From positions 121,789 through 185,788 of the forward strand of contig JAYRZB010000005.1 in the NCBI GenBank assembly GCA_041916675.1: a stretch of 64,000 nucleotides of DNA. The letters are read 5' to 3'. This document shows positions 9,032-17,570 of the stretch, piece after piece (within the stretch, counting starts at the first letter, position 1; each line of letters opens with the position of its first letter). The notes under the pieces are model-generated. The model saw only the letters and a list, made by a program, of their open reading frames with translations. It was not told where the DNA came from and did not search any database. This DNA is from Devosia sp. (GTDB lineage Bacteria > Pseudomonadota > Alphaproteobacteria > Rhizobiales > Devosiaceae). The translations under genes and the position numbers were made by a program.

Positions 9032-9628
9032 CTATTCGAGCAAAACGGTCCTGAAAGTCAGGGAAACTCGGCGGGTTCGGGCTGTGCGGGTGCCGTGAAT
9101 GACGTCGAAGCGGCGGGCGGCGATGCTATGGGTCCAGGTGAAGCGTGCCTCGCCGCTGAGAACCAAGAGACTGCCGGGCTCCAGGATTTGCCCGGCCATG
9201 TCTTTGCTGCCGGTGTGGGCAAAATCCATGATGCATTGTGAGCCTAGGCTGAGCGATGCAACGGTTCCACCGAAGCACGGCTCGCAATCGATATGAGCGG
9301 CAATGCCCTGCCCTGGCAAATATTCGTTGATGATGACCTGGTCGGGAATGGAGCCAAAATGGCCCTCAGTTGCCAGCCTTTCGGCGTGGCGGGTGAGCCA
9401 GTCGGGTAGTGCGCCGATATAGCTGTCCCGGTTCAGGCGCCGGGCTCTGTAATCGTAGAGATAGCCATAGTGCTGCACCCGGCGTTTGAGATCATTGCGC
9501 CAGGGTTGTGCCTCAATCAGAGCGAGCAGGGCCGACTGGTCGTCTTTTGCAAGATAGCTCGGTGAATAAATGGCGCCGCTCGGCAACATGGGCAAGGGCT
9601 CTATTGGCAATGCCGAGAAGTTTAGCAA
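9032..9628 (-). CDS. alkB: AlkB-family 2OG-Fe(II) dioxygenase
   Basis: 198 aa. INEYLPGQGIAAHIDCEP (HxD) and a later THS...RVSLTFR (RxS) motif. Start is uncertain: TTG 9628 or ATG 9589. Confidence 0.75.
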   Translation of the reverse strand: MLNFSALPIEPLPMLPSGAIYSPSYLAKDDQSALLALIEAQPWRNDLKRRVQHYGYLYDYRARRLNRDSYIGALPDWLTRHAERLATEGHFGSIPDQVIINEYLPGQGIAAHIDCEPCFGGTVASLSLGSQCIMDFAHTGSKDMAGQILEPGSLLVLSGEARFTWTHSIAARRFDVIHGTRTARTRRVSLTFRTVLLE

Positions 9629-9664
9629 ATCGCGCCGGACTGGTCACCTACCCCCAAGAACAGC

Positions 9665-9687
9665 GATGCCCGCGCGGGGCGGGCATC
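9665..9687 (-). terminator. hairpin terminator candidate downstream of 9691..10029
   Basis: GATGCCCGC-gcggg-GCGGGCATC 9-bp stem immediately after the stop. The trailing U-tract on the minus strand is only moderate (GCUGUUCUU). Confidence 0.4.
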
Positions 9688-9690
9688 GGG

Positions 9691-10029
9691 TTAGTTGAAG
9701 GTGAAGGTGCCGATTTCGCAGACGTTGACATCGGCTTTTTCGACAACGTCGCCATCGTCGAACACGGCGCGGAAGTCGTATTTGCAGTAGCCGGTGCCAT
9801 CATCGATGTTGATCACAACCGAATGGCCGGAGGGCAAGACGCTTTTGCCCAGAATGTCTTCCTCCCAGGATTTCTGGCCCACCGAGGAGGCATAGAACTG
9901 TTCCATGACATAGCCGGTATTGTTGACGATCTCGACGCGGCGATCGAGCGCCAGTGACGGCGCTACGGTTGCCAGAATGGTTGCCACGGCCAGCGTTGCC
10001 GTGGCGGCCAGAATTGCAGAGTGCTTCAT
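9691..10029 (-). CDS. small secreted protein (hypothetical)
   Basis: 112 aa. Signal peptide MKHSAILAATATLAVATILATVAPSLA. Two Cys residues; no recognised family. Confidence 0.6.
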   Translation of the reverse strand: MKHSAILAATATLAVATILATVAPSLALDRRVEIVNNTGYVMEQFYASSVGQKSWEEDILGKSVLPSGHSVVINIDDGTGYCKYDFRAVFDDGDVVEKADVNVCEIGTFTFN

Positions 10030-10185
10030 CTATTCCCTCTTTGTGCGCTTGGCGCTTTGCTCTGATAGTCCCCGGAGCAAATCTGGCACGGGAGAGGTGT
10101 TATTTACAATCGTAACGATTGAATTTTGTTACAGAAGTTGAGCCCGGCCATGGGCCGGGCCCGGATGGTGCAGGGCAGCGGGGTC

Positions 10186-10548
10186 TTATTCGGGGGCGAA
10201 GCCGGGCTTGCCGTTCTTGAGTTCGTCTTCAGCGATGAATTCGCCGTCGCACAGGTCGATGACGAAGGTGTAGTAGCGATAGCCGTAGGGCCCGATCTTG
10301 GTGCCGAAGCCGTGCACCTTGGTGCCGTTTTCGAACAGGCGGAACTGGTAGTACTGATAGTACTGATAGAGCTTGAGATTGGCGGCGATCTGCCCCTGGC
10401 GCGCCGATTCAGACAGGCAGTTTTCCCCCATCGGTCCGGCGCCGTTAAGGGCCGATGACAGGCCGGCGGCCGAGGCGGGTTGAACTGCGCAAAGGGCAAT
10501 GGCGGCCGTGGTCAGGGCGGCAGCGGCGAGGCGAGCAATCGAAAACAT
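10186..10548 (-). CDS. small secreted protein (hypothetical)
   Basis: Internal ATG 10548 gives signal peptide MFSIARLAAAALTTAAIALCAVQPASA. Tyr-rich segment LYQYYQYYQF. No recognised family. Confidence 0.55.
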   Translation of the reverse strand: MFSIARLAAAALTTAAIALCAVQPASAAGLSSALNGAGPMGENCLSESARQGQIAANLKLYQYYQYYQFRLFENGTKVHGFGTKIGPYGYRYYTFVIDLCDGEFIAEDELKNGKPGFAPE

Positions 10549-10680
10549 GTGAATTCTCCAATCAGGTTTGAGGTCTATGTCCATGGGTATGACATGGCCC
10601 GTCTGAACCTGTTCCGGTCGCAGTGTTCAAGGAGAATTCATATATATTTCAATTACTTACCTGTCAGGTAATCGTGGTGC

Positions 10681-11346
10681 CTATATCGCCTCGGGCACCG
10701 AGAACACGTCCACCAGCGTGCGGCCGGTGGCGAGGGTTTCGATCCAGGCCTTTTCCATGCGCACCCGTTCTTCGGCGAGCGGCAGCAGGGTGGTGGATTC
10801 GGCGAAGGGGATGATGGCGATGCCGTCATTATCGCCGAGCACGATATCGCCGGGTTCGGCCCGGGCGCTACCGAAGACGATGGGGCCATTGACCGCGCCA
10901 CGTTCCTTGCTCAGCGGGCCGCGGGCGGTGTGGCCGAGCGCATAGACCGGCAGGTCGGGCCAGCTGGCAATGGTATCGATATCGCGCACCGCCCCGTTGA
11001 CGGCAAAGCCGGCAATGCCCTTGGCGCGGGCGTGCCCGGCAAGGATTTCGCCCATATAGGCGGTCTGCACGCAGCCCCCGGCATCGACCAGCACCACATC
11101 GCCTTTCTGTGCCAGATCGATGGCATGCAGCATGGCGCCGAAATCGGAGCGTTCGCACCAGGCGGTGACGGCCTGCCCCACGAGGCGCTGGCCCAGCGGC
11201 AGGGGGCGCAGCGGGGTCAGGCGCGGATCGGCAATCAGGCGCCCGGCGGTGATATCGGACAGAATGGTCACCGGGATCTGGGCCCAGGCGGCAAGCGTTG
11301 CGGGCTTGAGGCGTTTGAATGTCTGGCTCAACAGCTTGGTCGGCAT
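10681..11346 (-). CDS. RraA-family protein (4-hydroxy-4-methyl-2-oxoglutarate aldolase / oxaloacetate decarboxylase-like)
   Basis: 221 aa. GDVVLVDAGG...AYMGEILAGHARAKGIAGFAVNGAVRD...GDIVLGDNDGIAIIP is typical of the RraA/demethylmenaquinone methyltransferase-like fold. Confidence 0.8.
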   Translation of the reverse strand: MPTKLLSQTFKRLKPATLAAWAQIPVTILSDITAGRLIADPRLTPLRPLPLGQRLVGQAVTAWCERSDFGAMLHAIDLAQKGDVVLVDAGGCVQTAYMGEILAGHARAKGIAGFAVNGAVRDIDTIASWPDLPVYALGHTARGPLSKERGAVNGPIVFGSARAEPGDIVLGDNDGIAIIPFAESTTLLPLAEERVRMEKAWIETLATGRTLVDVFSVPEAI

Positions 11347-11375
11347 GGGTCCCCTCCAGTGCGCGGAAATTGCGG

Positions 11376-12569
11376 TCAGGTCCAGCCGAGGCTGGAGCGT
11401 TCGAGTGTTTCGGCCAGGCGGTCGAGAAAGCCCTGGCAGAGGACAATTTCGCTCAGCGCCAGGAATTCGTCGGGCTTGTGGGCCTGTTCGATCGAGCCCG
11501 GGCCGCAGACGACCGAGGGCACCCCGGCGATGACGCTGAACAGCCCCGCCTCGGTGCCATAGGCAACCTTGGTGTGGCCATTGCGCCCGAGCAGGGCCTT
11601 GATGAAACTGACCGCCGGATGGGCGGCATCGGTGCCAAGCCCGACAAATTCGGCGCTGGGGGCGATGACGATTTCGGCCTCGGGCGCTATGGCCCGCATG
11701 CGCGGCAGCAGTTCGGTGTCGGCAAAACCCTGGATGCGGGCGATCAGCGCTGGCGCATCCACTTCGGGCAGTGAGCGGATATCAAAGCCGATTTCGCAGC
11801 GGTCCGGGATGATATTGATCGCCGTGCCACCGGTTATGGTGGTCACCGACAGGGTGGAATGCGACACGTCATAGTCGTGATCGTGCGGGCCGTGGTGGCG
11901 ATGCTCTGCCGACAGCGATTTGATGAAGGCGATGAGCTCGGCGCCATATTCAATGGCATTGACCGCATGCGGGGCCAGGCTCGAATGGGCGCTGCGCCCG
12001 GTCAGGGTGGCCTTGTAGAGGCCGCCGCCCTTGTGGCCGATCACCACCTGCATGCTGGTGGGTTCGCCCACGATGCAGAGGCCGGGCTTGACCGTAAGGC
12101 CCGCCACCCTGTCCACAAGGCTGCGCACGCCGGTGCAGCCGAATTCCTCGTCATAGGAAATGGCGATATGGATCGGCACCTTGAGCTCGCGCCGCACCAG
12201 TTCGGGCACGGCGGCCAGAACAATGCCGATAAAACCCTTCATGTCGCAGGTGCCGCGGCCATAGAGCCGGTCATCGGCGCGGCGGACGGTGAAGGGGTCG
12301 CTGGTCCAGGCCTGTCCATCCACCGGCACCACATCGGAATGACCCGACAGGATGACGCCCGGGCGGTCGGCGGGCCCGATGGTGGCCCAAAGGTTGCCCT
12401 TGGTGCCTTCGGCATTCCAGATGATTTCGGACCGCACCCCGTGCAGGGATAGGTAGGTTTCCACAAAGGCGAGAAAATCGCGGTTGGGGTCGCGCGACAC
12501 GGTGGGCAGGGCGATCAGTTCGCCGATCATGCGCACCGCGCCTTCCAGCGTTGTCAGCGGCTTTGCCAT
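11376..12569 (-). CDS. M20-family amidohydrolase, acetylornithine deacetylase (ArgE)-like
   Basis: 397 aa. LSGHSDVVPV, GRGTCDMKG, ISYDEEFGC and HKPDEF motifs of ArgE/DapE-type M20 peptidases. Confidence 0.85.
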   Translation of the reverse strand: MAKPLTTLEGAVRMIGELIALPTVSRDPNRDFLAFVETYLSLHGVRSEIIWNAEGTKGNLWATIGPADRPGVILSGHSDVVPVDGQAWTSDPFTVRRADDRLYGRGTCDMKGFIGIVLAAVPELVRRELKVPIHIAISYDEEFGCTGVRSLVDRVAGLTVKPGLCIVGEPTSMQVVIGHKGGGLYKATLTGRSAHSSLAPHAVNAIEYGAELIAFIKSLSAEHRHHGPHDHDYDVSHSTLSVTTITGGTAINIIPDRCEIGFDIRSLPEVDAPALIARIQGFADTELLPRMRAIAPEAEIVIAPSAEFVGLGTDAAHPAVSFIKALLGRNGHTKVAYGTEAGLFSVIAGVPSVVCGPGSIEQAHKPDEFLALSEIVLCQGFLDRLAETLERSSLGWT

Positions 12570-12573
12570 CGGG

Positions 12574-12972
12574 TCAGGCCGGGGTGAACACGGGCAGGGG
12601 CGGCAGGCCCTCGCGCGTGCGCCAGGCCACGCTCACCCGGTCGCCGATGCGGGCGGTTTCGGCCACAATATTGGTCAGCAGCCTTGGGCCCTCGTCGAGA
12701 TCCACCAGCGCCAGCAGGTAGGGCGGGGTCAGTTCAGGCACCACGGGCATGTGCATGGTGGTCAGCGAATAGATGGTGCCCTTGCCGCTGGCGGGCACCC
12801 ACTCGAGGTCTGTGCTTTCGCAAGCCAGGCAGAACGGGCGCGGATAGAACTGGTGGCCGCCGCAGGCCCGGCAATGCTGCACGGTCAGCCGATGGTCGGC
12901 GCAGGCCTGCCAGAAGGCCTCGGTGGTGGGGTCGGCGGCGCCGAGATCGGAAAACGACAGAGGGTCACTCAC
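12574..12972 (-). CDS. DUF35 Zn-ribbon/OB-fold protein (thiolase partner)
   Basis: CRACGGHQFYPRPFCLACES zinc ribbon followed by an OB fold. I place the start at GTG 12972, overlapping the thiolase stop by 8 nt, giving a typical 133 aa. The track start at 13044 is probably too long. Confidence 0.75.
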   Translation of the reverse strand: MSDPLSFSDLGAADPTTEAFWQACADHRLTVQHCRACGGHQFYPRPFCLACESTDLEWVPASGKGTIYSLTTMHMPVVPELTPPYLLALVDLDEGPRLLTNIVAETARIGDRVSVAWRTREGLPPLPVFTPA

Positions 12973-14125
12973 GGGCCAGCACCACGGTTGAGGCAGTCGA
13001 AAAGGCCAGGCCACCCGTGCCATGGGCAACCGCAATTTCAGCACCCGGCACCTGGCGGTCGCCGGCTTCGCCGCGCAACTGCCGCACCGCCTCGATCAGC
13101 AACAAAATACCGAGCGCGCCGGGATGGCAATAAGAGAGGCCGCCGCCGGAGGTCATGGAGGGCAGGCTGCCGCCGGGCCGCAACCGGCCTTCAGACACGA
13201 ACGCCGCCGCTTCGCCCTTGCCGCAGAACCCGAGGTCTTCGAGATAAAGCAGCACGGCATGGGTGAAATTGTCATAGGGTTCGAACACATCGACATCGGC
13301 AGCGGTGATGCCGGCCATGCCGAAGGCAGCCTTGCCCGAGGCCACGCCGGGGGTAATGGTCAGGTCGGCGCACTGGGCGACGTGCCACTGGTGGTGGCTT
13401 TCGCCTGCGCCAAGAATGCGGATGGGTTTTTTTGCCGCGTCGCGGGCCCGGTCCTTGCGGGCAATCACAATGGCGCCGCCGCCATCGGTGACAAGGCAGC
13501 AATCGAGCTTGCGCAGCGGATCGCTCAGCAATGGCGAGGCCATGACATCATCAATGCTCAGCGGCGTGCGCACCCAGGCCTTGGGGTTAAGTCCGGCCCA
13601 CTGGCGCGCCGCCACGGCGATTTCCGCAAGGTGCTCGGGGCGTGCGCCATACTGGTGCATGTAGCGGGCGGCGCTCAGCGCATAGTGGCCAATGGGAAAG
13701 TGGATGCCAAAAGGGGTTTCGAACTGGGCGGCCAACGAACCATCGAGGGCGGCCGAAACCTTCTTGCGGTTGCGTCGGCTGCGCTGGCGCGAGGCATAGG
13801 CGATCAGCGCCACATCGGCGCGGCCGGTGGCAATGGCGACCATGGCATGGTGCACGAAGAATTCGAACGATGCCCCACCCATATCCGAGGATTCGGCATA
13901 GCGCGGGCGCAGGCCAAGATATTCGCCAAGCTGAACCGAGCCTTCTTCGCCCATATAGTTGGTGAAAAGCGCATCCACATCGCGGAAACCAAGACCGGCT
14001 TCCGCCAGCGCTTCGCGTGCGGCGATGGCGGCCATGGAAAATTCGCTCTGGTCGGTGACCTTGCCCAGTGCCGTTTCCGCCGCGCCAACAATGTAGACCG
14101 GTGACGCACTCAGGGCATGTGGCAT
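12965..14125 (-). CDS. SCP-x/nonspecific lipid-transfer-type thiolase-like protein
   Basis: Start set at ATG 14125 (MPHALSASPVYIVGAAETALGKV). Thiolase-fold hallmarks along its length and a C-terminal GHPGALG..HGTGG-like region. The upstream 94 codons of ORF 12965..14407 look non-coding. Confidence 0.85.
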   Translation of the reverse strand: MPHALSASPVYIVGAAETALGKVTDQSEFSMAAIAAREALAEAGLGFRDVDALFTNYMGEEGSVQLGEYLGLRPRYAESSDMGGASFEFFVHHAMVAIATGRADVALIAYASRQRSRRNRKKVSAALDGSLAAQFETPFGIHFPIGHYALSAARYMHQYGARPEHLAEIAVAARQWAGLNPKAWVRTPLSIDDVMASPLLSDPLRKLDCCLVTDGGGAIVIARKDRARDAAKKPIRILGAGESHHQWHVAQCADLTITPGVASGKAAFGMAGITAADVDVFEPYDNFTHAVLLYLEDLGFCGKGEAAAFVSEGRLRPGGSLPSMTSGGGLSYCHPGALGILLLIEAVRQLRGEAGDRQVPGAEIAVAHGTGGLAFSTASTVVLARE

Positions 14126-14190
14126 GAGGGGTCCACTCGATTTCGGGCGCATAACGGCGCTTGCTGCCAATGGGATAGAACATGTATTAT

Positions 14191-14211
14191 ATGAATATGA
14201 AGTCAATATCA
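14191..14211. promoter_or_regulatory. operator-like imperfect palindrome, copy 1 (ATGAATATGAAGTCAATATCA)
   Basis: Read directly from the sequence. Lies in the divergent thiolase/TetR intergenic region, about 76 nt from thiolase ATG 14125. Near-identical copies at 16465..16485 (reverse) and 29979..29999. Confidence 0.6.
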
Positions 14212-14352
14212 ATTCTGTGTCTGACATGTGCACGGTTGTGCCGGCGCGGTTGATCGGGACGCGTGGCGGTGCAATATCGGGCATCGGAGGACGGCACATT
14301 GGAAGCACAAAGTCGATTGCCTTCGGCCCCGGTGGCCGAACAGCCCGGCCCG

Positions 14353-15027
14353 ATGAAATATGGTGACTATCTTCTGGACCGACTGGCGACCCAGTCCTTC
14401 GCCTCAAAAGGCGATCGCACGCGCTATCGGCTGAAGGTGGCAGCGGCGCAGGCGCTCGAACGCATCGGCTACCAGGATATCAAGGTGGGCGATATCTGCG
14501 TGCAGGCCGAAGTGGCGCTGGGCACATTCTATGTCTACTACAAGGACAAGAACGAGATCGCCATGGAAGTGGTGCTCGATTTTGTCGAGCATCTTTATGA
14601 GCTGGCGCGCGAGGCCGGGCGCGGCAAATCCGAGTTCGATGCCATTGTCTCGACCAACCGCTTCTTCATTGCCGCCTATAGCGCCAATGCCGGGTTGATG
14701 AAGTGCCATGTGCAGCTCGAAAGCCAGCTCTCTGAATATCGCGAAGTGTTCCGGGCCAAGCATATTAAGTGGATCGAAGCCCTCGGGCGCTCCATCGCCA
14801 AGCGCGGCAACTATGGCGAGGATATGCCCGGCACCACGGTTGCGGTGGCCCGGGCGCTCGAAGGCATGGTGTTCCATCACCTTTATTCGGTGATCGTGAG
14901 CAGTGACACCCTGTTTGACGGGCAGGAGCCTGCCGATGCCGACGAACTGGCGCTGATGCTGGCCACCGTCTGGTATCGCGCCGTCTACTGCAAGGATCCT
15001 CCGCTCAGCGGGGACAGTTTATTTTGA
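14353..15027 (+). CDS. TetR/AcrR family transcriptional regulator
   Basis: TRYRLKVAAAQALERIGYQDIKVGDICVQAEVALGTFYVYYKDKNEI is a TetR N-terminal HTH. The start is taken at MKYGDY (14353); the track start at 14263 is possible. Confidence 0.85.
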   Translation: MKYGDYLLDRLATQSFASKGDRTRYRLKVAAAQALERIGYQDIKVGDICVQAEVALGTFYVYYKDKNEIAMEVVLDFVEHLYELAREAGRGKSEFDAIVSTNRFFIAAYSANAGLMKCHVQLESQLSEYREVFRAKHIKWIEALGRSIAKRGNYGEDMPGTTVAVARALEGMVFHHLYSVIVSSDTLFDGQEPADADELALMLATVWYRAVYCKDPPLSGDSLF

Positions 15028-15034
15028 GCGCGCG

Positions 15035-15140
15035 CACCCCCACCTTGATCCTCCCCCTGGAAGGGGGAGGAAATACGCAAGCCGTGAAACGCGGCCTCCC
15101 TCCCTCTTGAGGGGTAGGGATGGGGTGGGGGTGAGGGGAG
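15035..15140. repeat. nested palindromic intergenic element (REP-like), probable bidirectional terminator
   Basis: Outer stem CACCCCCACC (15035-44) / GGTGGGGGTG (15124-33). Inner perfect hairpin CCTCCCCCT-gga-AGGGGGAGG (15050-70) plus a second imperfect C-rich/G-rich hairpin. Lies between the convergent TetR and aminotransferase genes. Confidence 0.5.
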
Positions 15141-15185
15141 CCACCGACAGTCCAATGTGAACACTCCCCCGCTCAGCGGCGGCGC

Positions 15186-16394
15186 TTAATCGAGCGAGGC
15201 CATGTAGCGGCGGGTGGCGATGGCGAGGCGCCGCACGCCCTCGCGCAGCTTTTCGGGTGTATTGCGCGAAAAATTGACCCGCATGGCCGAACGCAGTCTG
15301 GCCTCCGGGTCAAAAACACTGCCGGGCACGAAGGCGACTTTTTCTTCGAGCGCGAACTGATAGAGCGCGTCGGTATCGATGCGCGGATCGCGGGTGCGCA
15401 TCCAGACGAACATGCCACCTGGCGGGTTTTCCCATTCAAACCAATTGGCAAGCTCGGCGCTGGCGGCCGAACACAGGGCATCGCGGCGGGCCCGATACTG
15501 GGCAACGATCTCGGGAATGTGCGCGGCCTCGCGGCCGCTTTCGAGCAGTTCGAGCGCCACGGCCTGAGTGAGCATCGAGCTTGAAAGGTCCGAGGACTGC
15601 TTGGCCACCACCATGGCCTGAATGATTTCGGGGGCGGCGATGGTCCAGCCGACGCGCAGGCCCGGCACGATCGATTTTGACAGCGTGCCCAGGTAGATCA
15701 CCGGTCCCTGATAGACGCCCTCGGGCTGCATGCGACCGTGAAGCGCCAGGATCGAGGGACCGGCGCTGCCATCGAGCTGCAGGGGCAGATAAGGATCGTC
15801 TTCGACCAGCCATGTCCCGGCGGCGATGACCTTTTCGAGCAGGGCCTGCCGGGCTTGGGTCGGCACCAGCGCGCCGGTGGGGTTGGAATAGTTGGGCACG
15901 GTGTAAACGAACTTGGCGCTGGCCAGCGTTGCCGGATCGCTCAGGCCCTGTGTCGCCCAGTCGAGCGGCACATAAGCAGGCTGGCGCGGCCGCCAGGCAT
16001 CGAGGGCGCCGACATAGGTGGGGAACTGGGCCACAACCTTGTCTTCGGGGTCGAGCAGTACCTTGCCGATCAGATCGAGCCCCTGCATGGCCCCGACGGT
16101 CAGCAGCACATTTTCAACACCGAAATGGCGGCCGGTTTCGCGGCTGATGCGCTCGGCAATATGCTGGCGCAGGGCGGGGAATCCTTCGACCGGGCCGTAT
16201 TCCAGCGCTGCGGCGCCCCAGCGGTTCAGCGCCGCGGTCGAGGCTTCCGCAATGGCATCGGTGGGGTAGAATTCAGAGGCGGGCAGGCCGCCCGCCATAG
16301 AAATGAAATCGGCCTGGCCGCCGATTTTGAGGAACTGCTGGGTGATGGTGTTGCTTTGCGAGAGCCACCGCGCGAATGCTGGTTTCGGCGCCAT
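15186..16394 (-). CDS. PLP-dependent aminotransferase, class I/II (ARO8/LysN-like)
   Basis: 402 aa. Typical fold-type I pattern with YTVPNYSNPTG and GTLSKSIVPGLRVGW (Lys for PLP). Confidence 0.85.
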   Translation of the reverse strand: MAPKPAFARWLSQSNTITQQFLKIGGQADFISMAGGLPASEFYPTDAIAEASTAALNRWGAAALEYGPVEGFPALRQHIAERISRETGRHFGVENVLLTVGAMQGLDLIGKVLLDPEDKVVAQFPTYVGALDAWRPRQPAYVPLDWATQGLSDPATLASAKFVYTVPNYSNPTGALVPTQARQALLEKVIAAGTWLVEDDPYLPLQLDGSAGPSILALHGRMQPEGVYQGPVIYLGTLSKSIVPGLRVGWTIAAPEIIQAMVVAKQSSDLSSSMLTQAVALELLESGREAAHIPEIVAQYRARRDALCSAASAELANWFEWENPPGGMFVWMRTRDPRIDTDALYQFALEEKVAFVPGSVFDPEARLRSAMRVNFSRNTPEKLREGVRRLAIATRRYMASLD

Positions 16395-16464
16395 CAGGAA
16401 GGCTCCCTGCTGCTGGCCCCGGGGCTTTGCCGGGGCAATGAGAACAAAGGTGTTTGGTCAGAAA

Positions 16465-16485
16465 TGATATTGACTTCATATTCAT
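16465..16485. promoter_or_regulatory. operator-like imperfect palindrome, copy 2 (reverse complement ATGAATATGAAGTCAATATCA)
   Basis: Plus strand reads TGATATTGACTTCATATTCAT. Lies between the divergent aminotransferase (ATG 16394) and the SDR operon (ATG 16671). Confidence 0.6.
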
Positions 16486-16670
16486 TTTCATTACTGCTGT
16501 CAAACCAGTCACGCTCGATCTGGCTCGCCTGAGGCCATCGCCACGGCCTTTGACGACCCCGTTGGGCAGGCGGAACAAACCAGCTGGCGGCGTGTGAGGA
16601 CCTGTGCGTTACTGCTTGGATGCACTCGATTTGGCCCGTGATTTTCCCTTTTTGCTCGGAGCGTTTGCTG

Positions 16671-17570
16671 ATGGCCGGTCTTGATCTCAAGGGCCGCGTG
16701 GCCATCGTTACCGGCGGCGGGCGCGGGCTGGGGCGCGGTTATGCGCTGGCACTGGCCGCCCATGGCGCATCGGTCGTGGTCAACGATCTGGGCGGAGACC
16801 TGCATGGGGCCGGGCGCGATGCCACCCCTGCGCAATCGGTGGTCGCAGAAATCGAGGCGGCAGGGGGCAAGGCAGTGGTCAGCGGGCACGATGTGGCCGA
16901 CTGGGCCGATGCCAGGGCCATGGTGGGCCTTGCCATTGAGCGCTTCGGGCGGCTCGACGTGCTGGTCAACAATGCCGGCATCCTGCGCGACCGGCTGTTT
17001 GCCAATATGAGCGAAGAAGAGTGGGATGCGGTGATCCGCGTGCACCTCAAAGGCCATGCCGCACCGGCGCGGCATGCCATGGAATACTGGCGGGCCGAGG
17101 GCAAGGCCGGGCGGGCGGTGGCCGGATCGATTGTGCACACCACGTCGCTGGCAGGGCTGGTGGGCAATTTCGGGCAGGCCAATTATGCGGCAGCCAAGGC
17201 CGCCGTGATCGGGTTATCGCGCACGCTGGCGCTTGAAGGCGTCAAGTATGGCGTGCGCTCCAATGCCGTATCGCCTTCGGCGCGAACGCGCATCGAAGGC
17301 TCGCTGGAGCCGCCACCGGAAGGTGTGTTCGATGTATTCGCTCCTGAAAATGTGGCGCCGTTGATTTGCTGGCTGGCCCATGCCGATTGTCCCGCCAGCG
17401 GGCAGGTGTTCCAGGCTTATGGCGACCGGGTGGAAGTGCTGGCGCCCAGCGCCATCGCCGTGGACCTGCGCACCAGCGGCCGCTGGACGCTTGATGCCCT
17501 TGATGCGGCATTGACCGGCAAGCTTCCGGCCCTGCCCACTCTTGGCACCTTTGTTGAGGGATTGCCGTGA
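16671..17570 (+). CDS. SDR-family (3R)-hydroxyacyl-CoA dehydrogenase-like oxidoreductase (MFE-2 N-terminal type)
   Basis: MAGLDLKGRVAIVTGGGRGLGRGYALALAAHGASVVVNDLG, VNNAGILRD, and the catalytic YAAAK of the SDR fold. Confidence 0.85.
   Translation: MAGLDLKGRVAIVTGGGRGLGRGYALALAAHGASVVVNDLGGDLHGAGRDATPAQSVVAEIEAAGGKAVVSGHDVADWADARAMVGLAIERFGRLDVLVNNAGILRDRLFANMSEEEWDAVIRVHLKGHAAPARHAMEYWRAEGKAGRAVAGSIVHTTSLAGLVGNFGQANYAAAKAAVIGLSRTLALEGVKYGVRSNAVSPSARTRIEGSLEPPPEGVFDVFAPENVAPLICWLAHADCPASGQVFQAYGDRVEVLAPSAIAVDLRTSGRWTLDALDAALTGKLPALPTLGTFVEGLP

Noticed and set aside
12965-14407. N-terminally extended versions of several track ORFs: 12965..14407, 3506..5743, 16620..17570, 37293..38450, 45402..47060, 50489..51595, 41520..41906, 10186..10584.
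   Set aside because: The extensions overlap upstream genes or intergenic operators and have poor codon bias. Internal starts reproduce canonical family N-termini, often with ATGA or GTGA coupling to the preceding stop.
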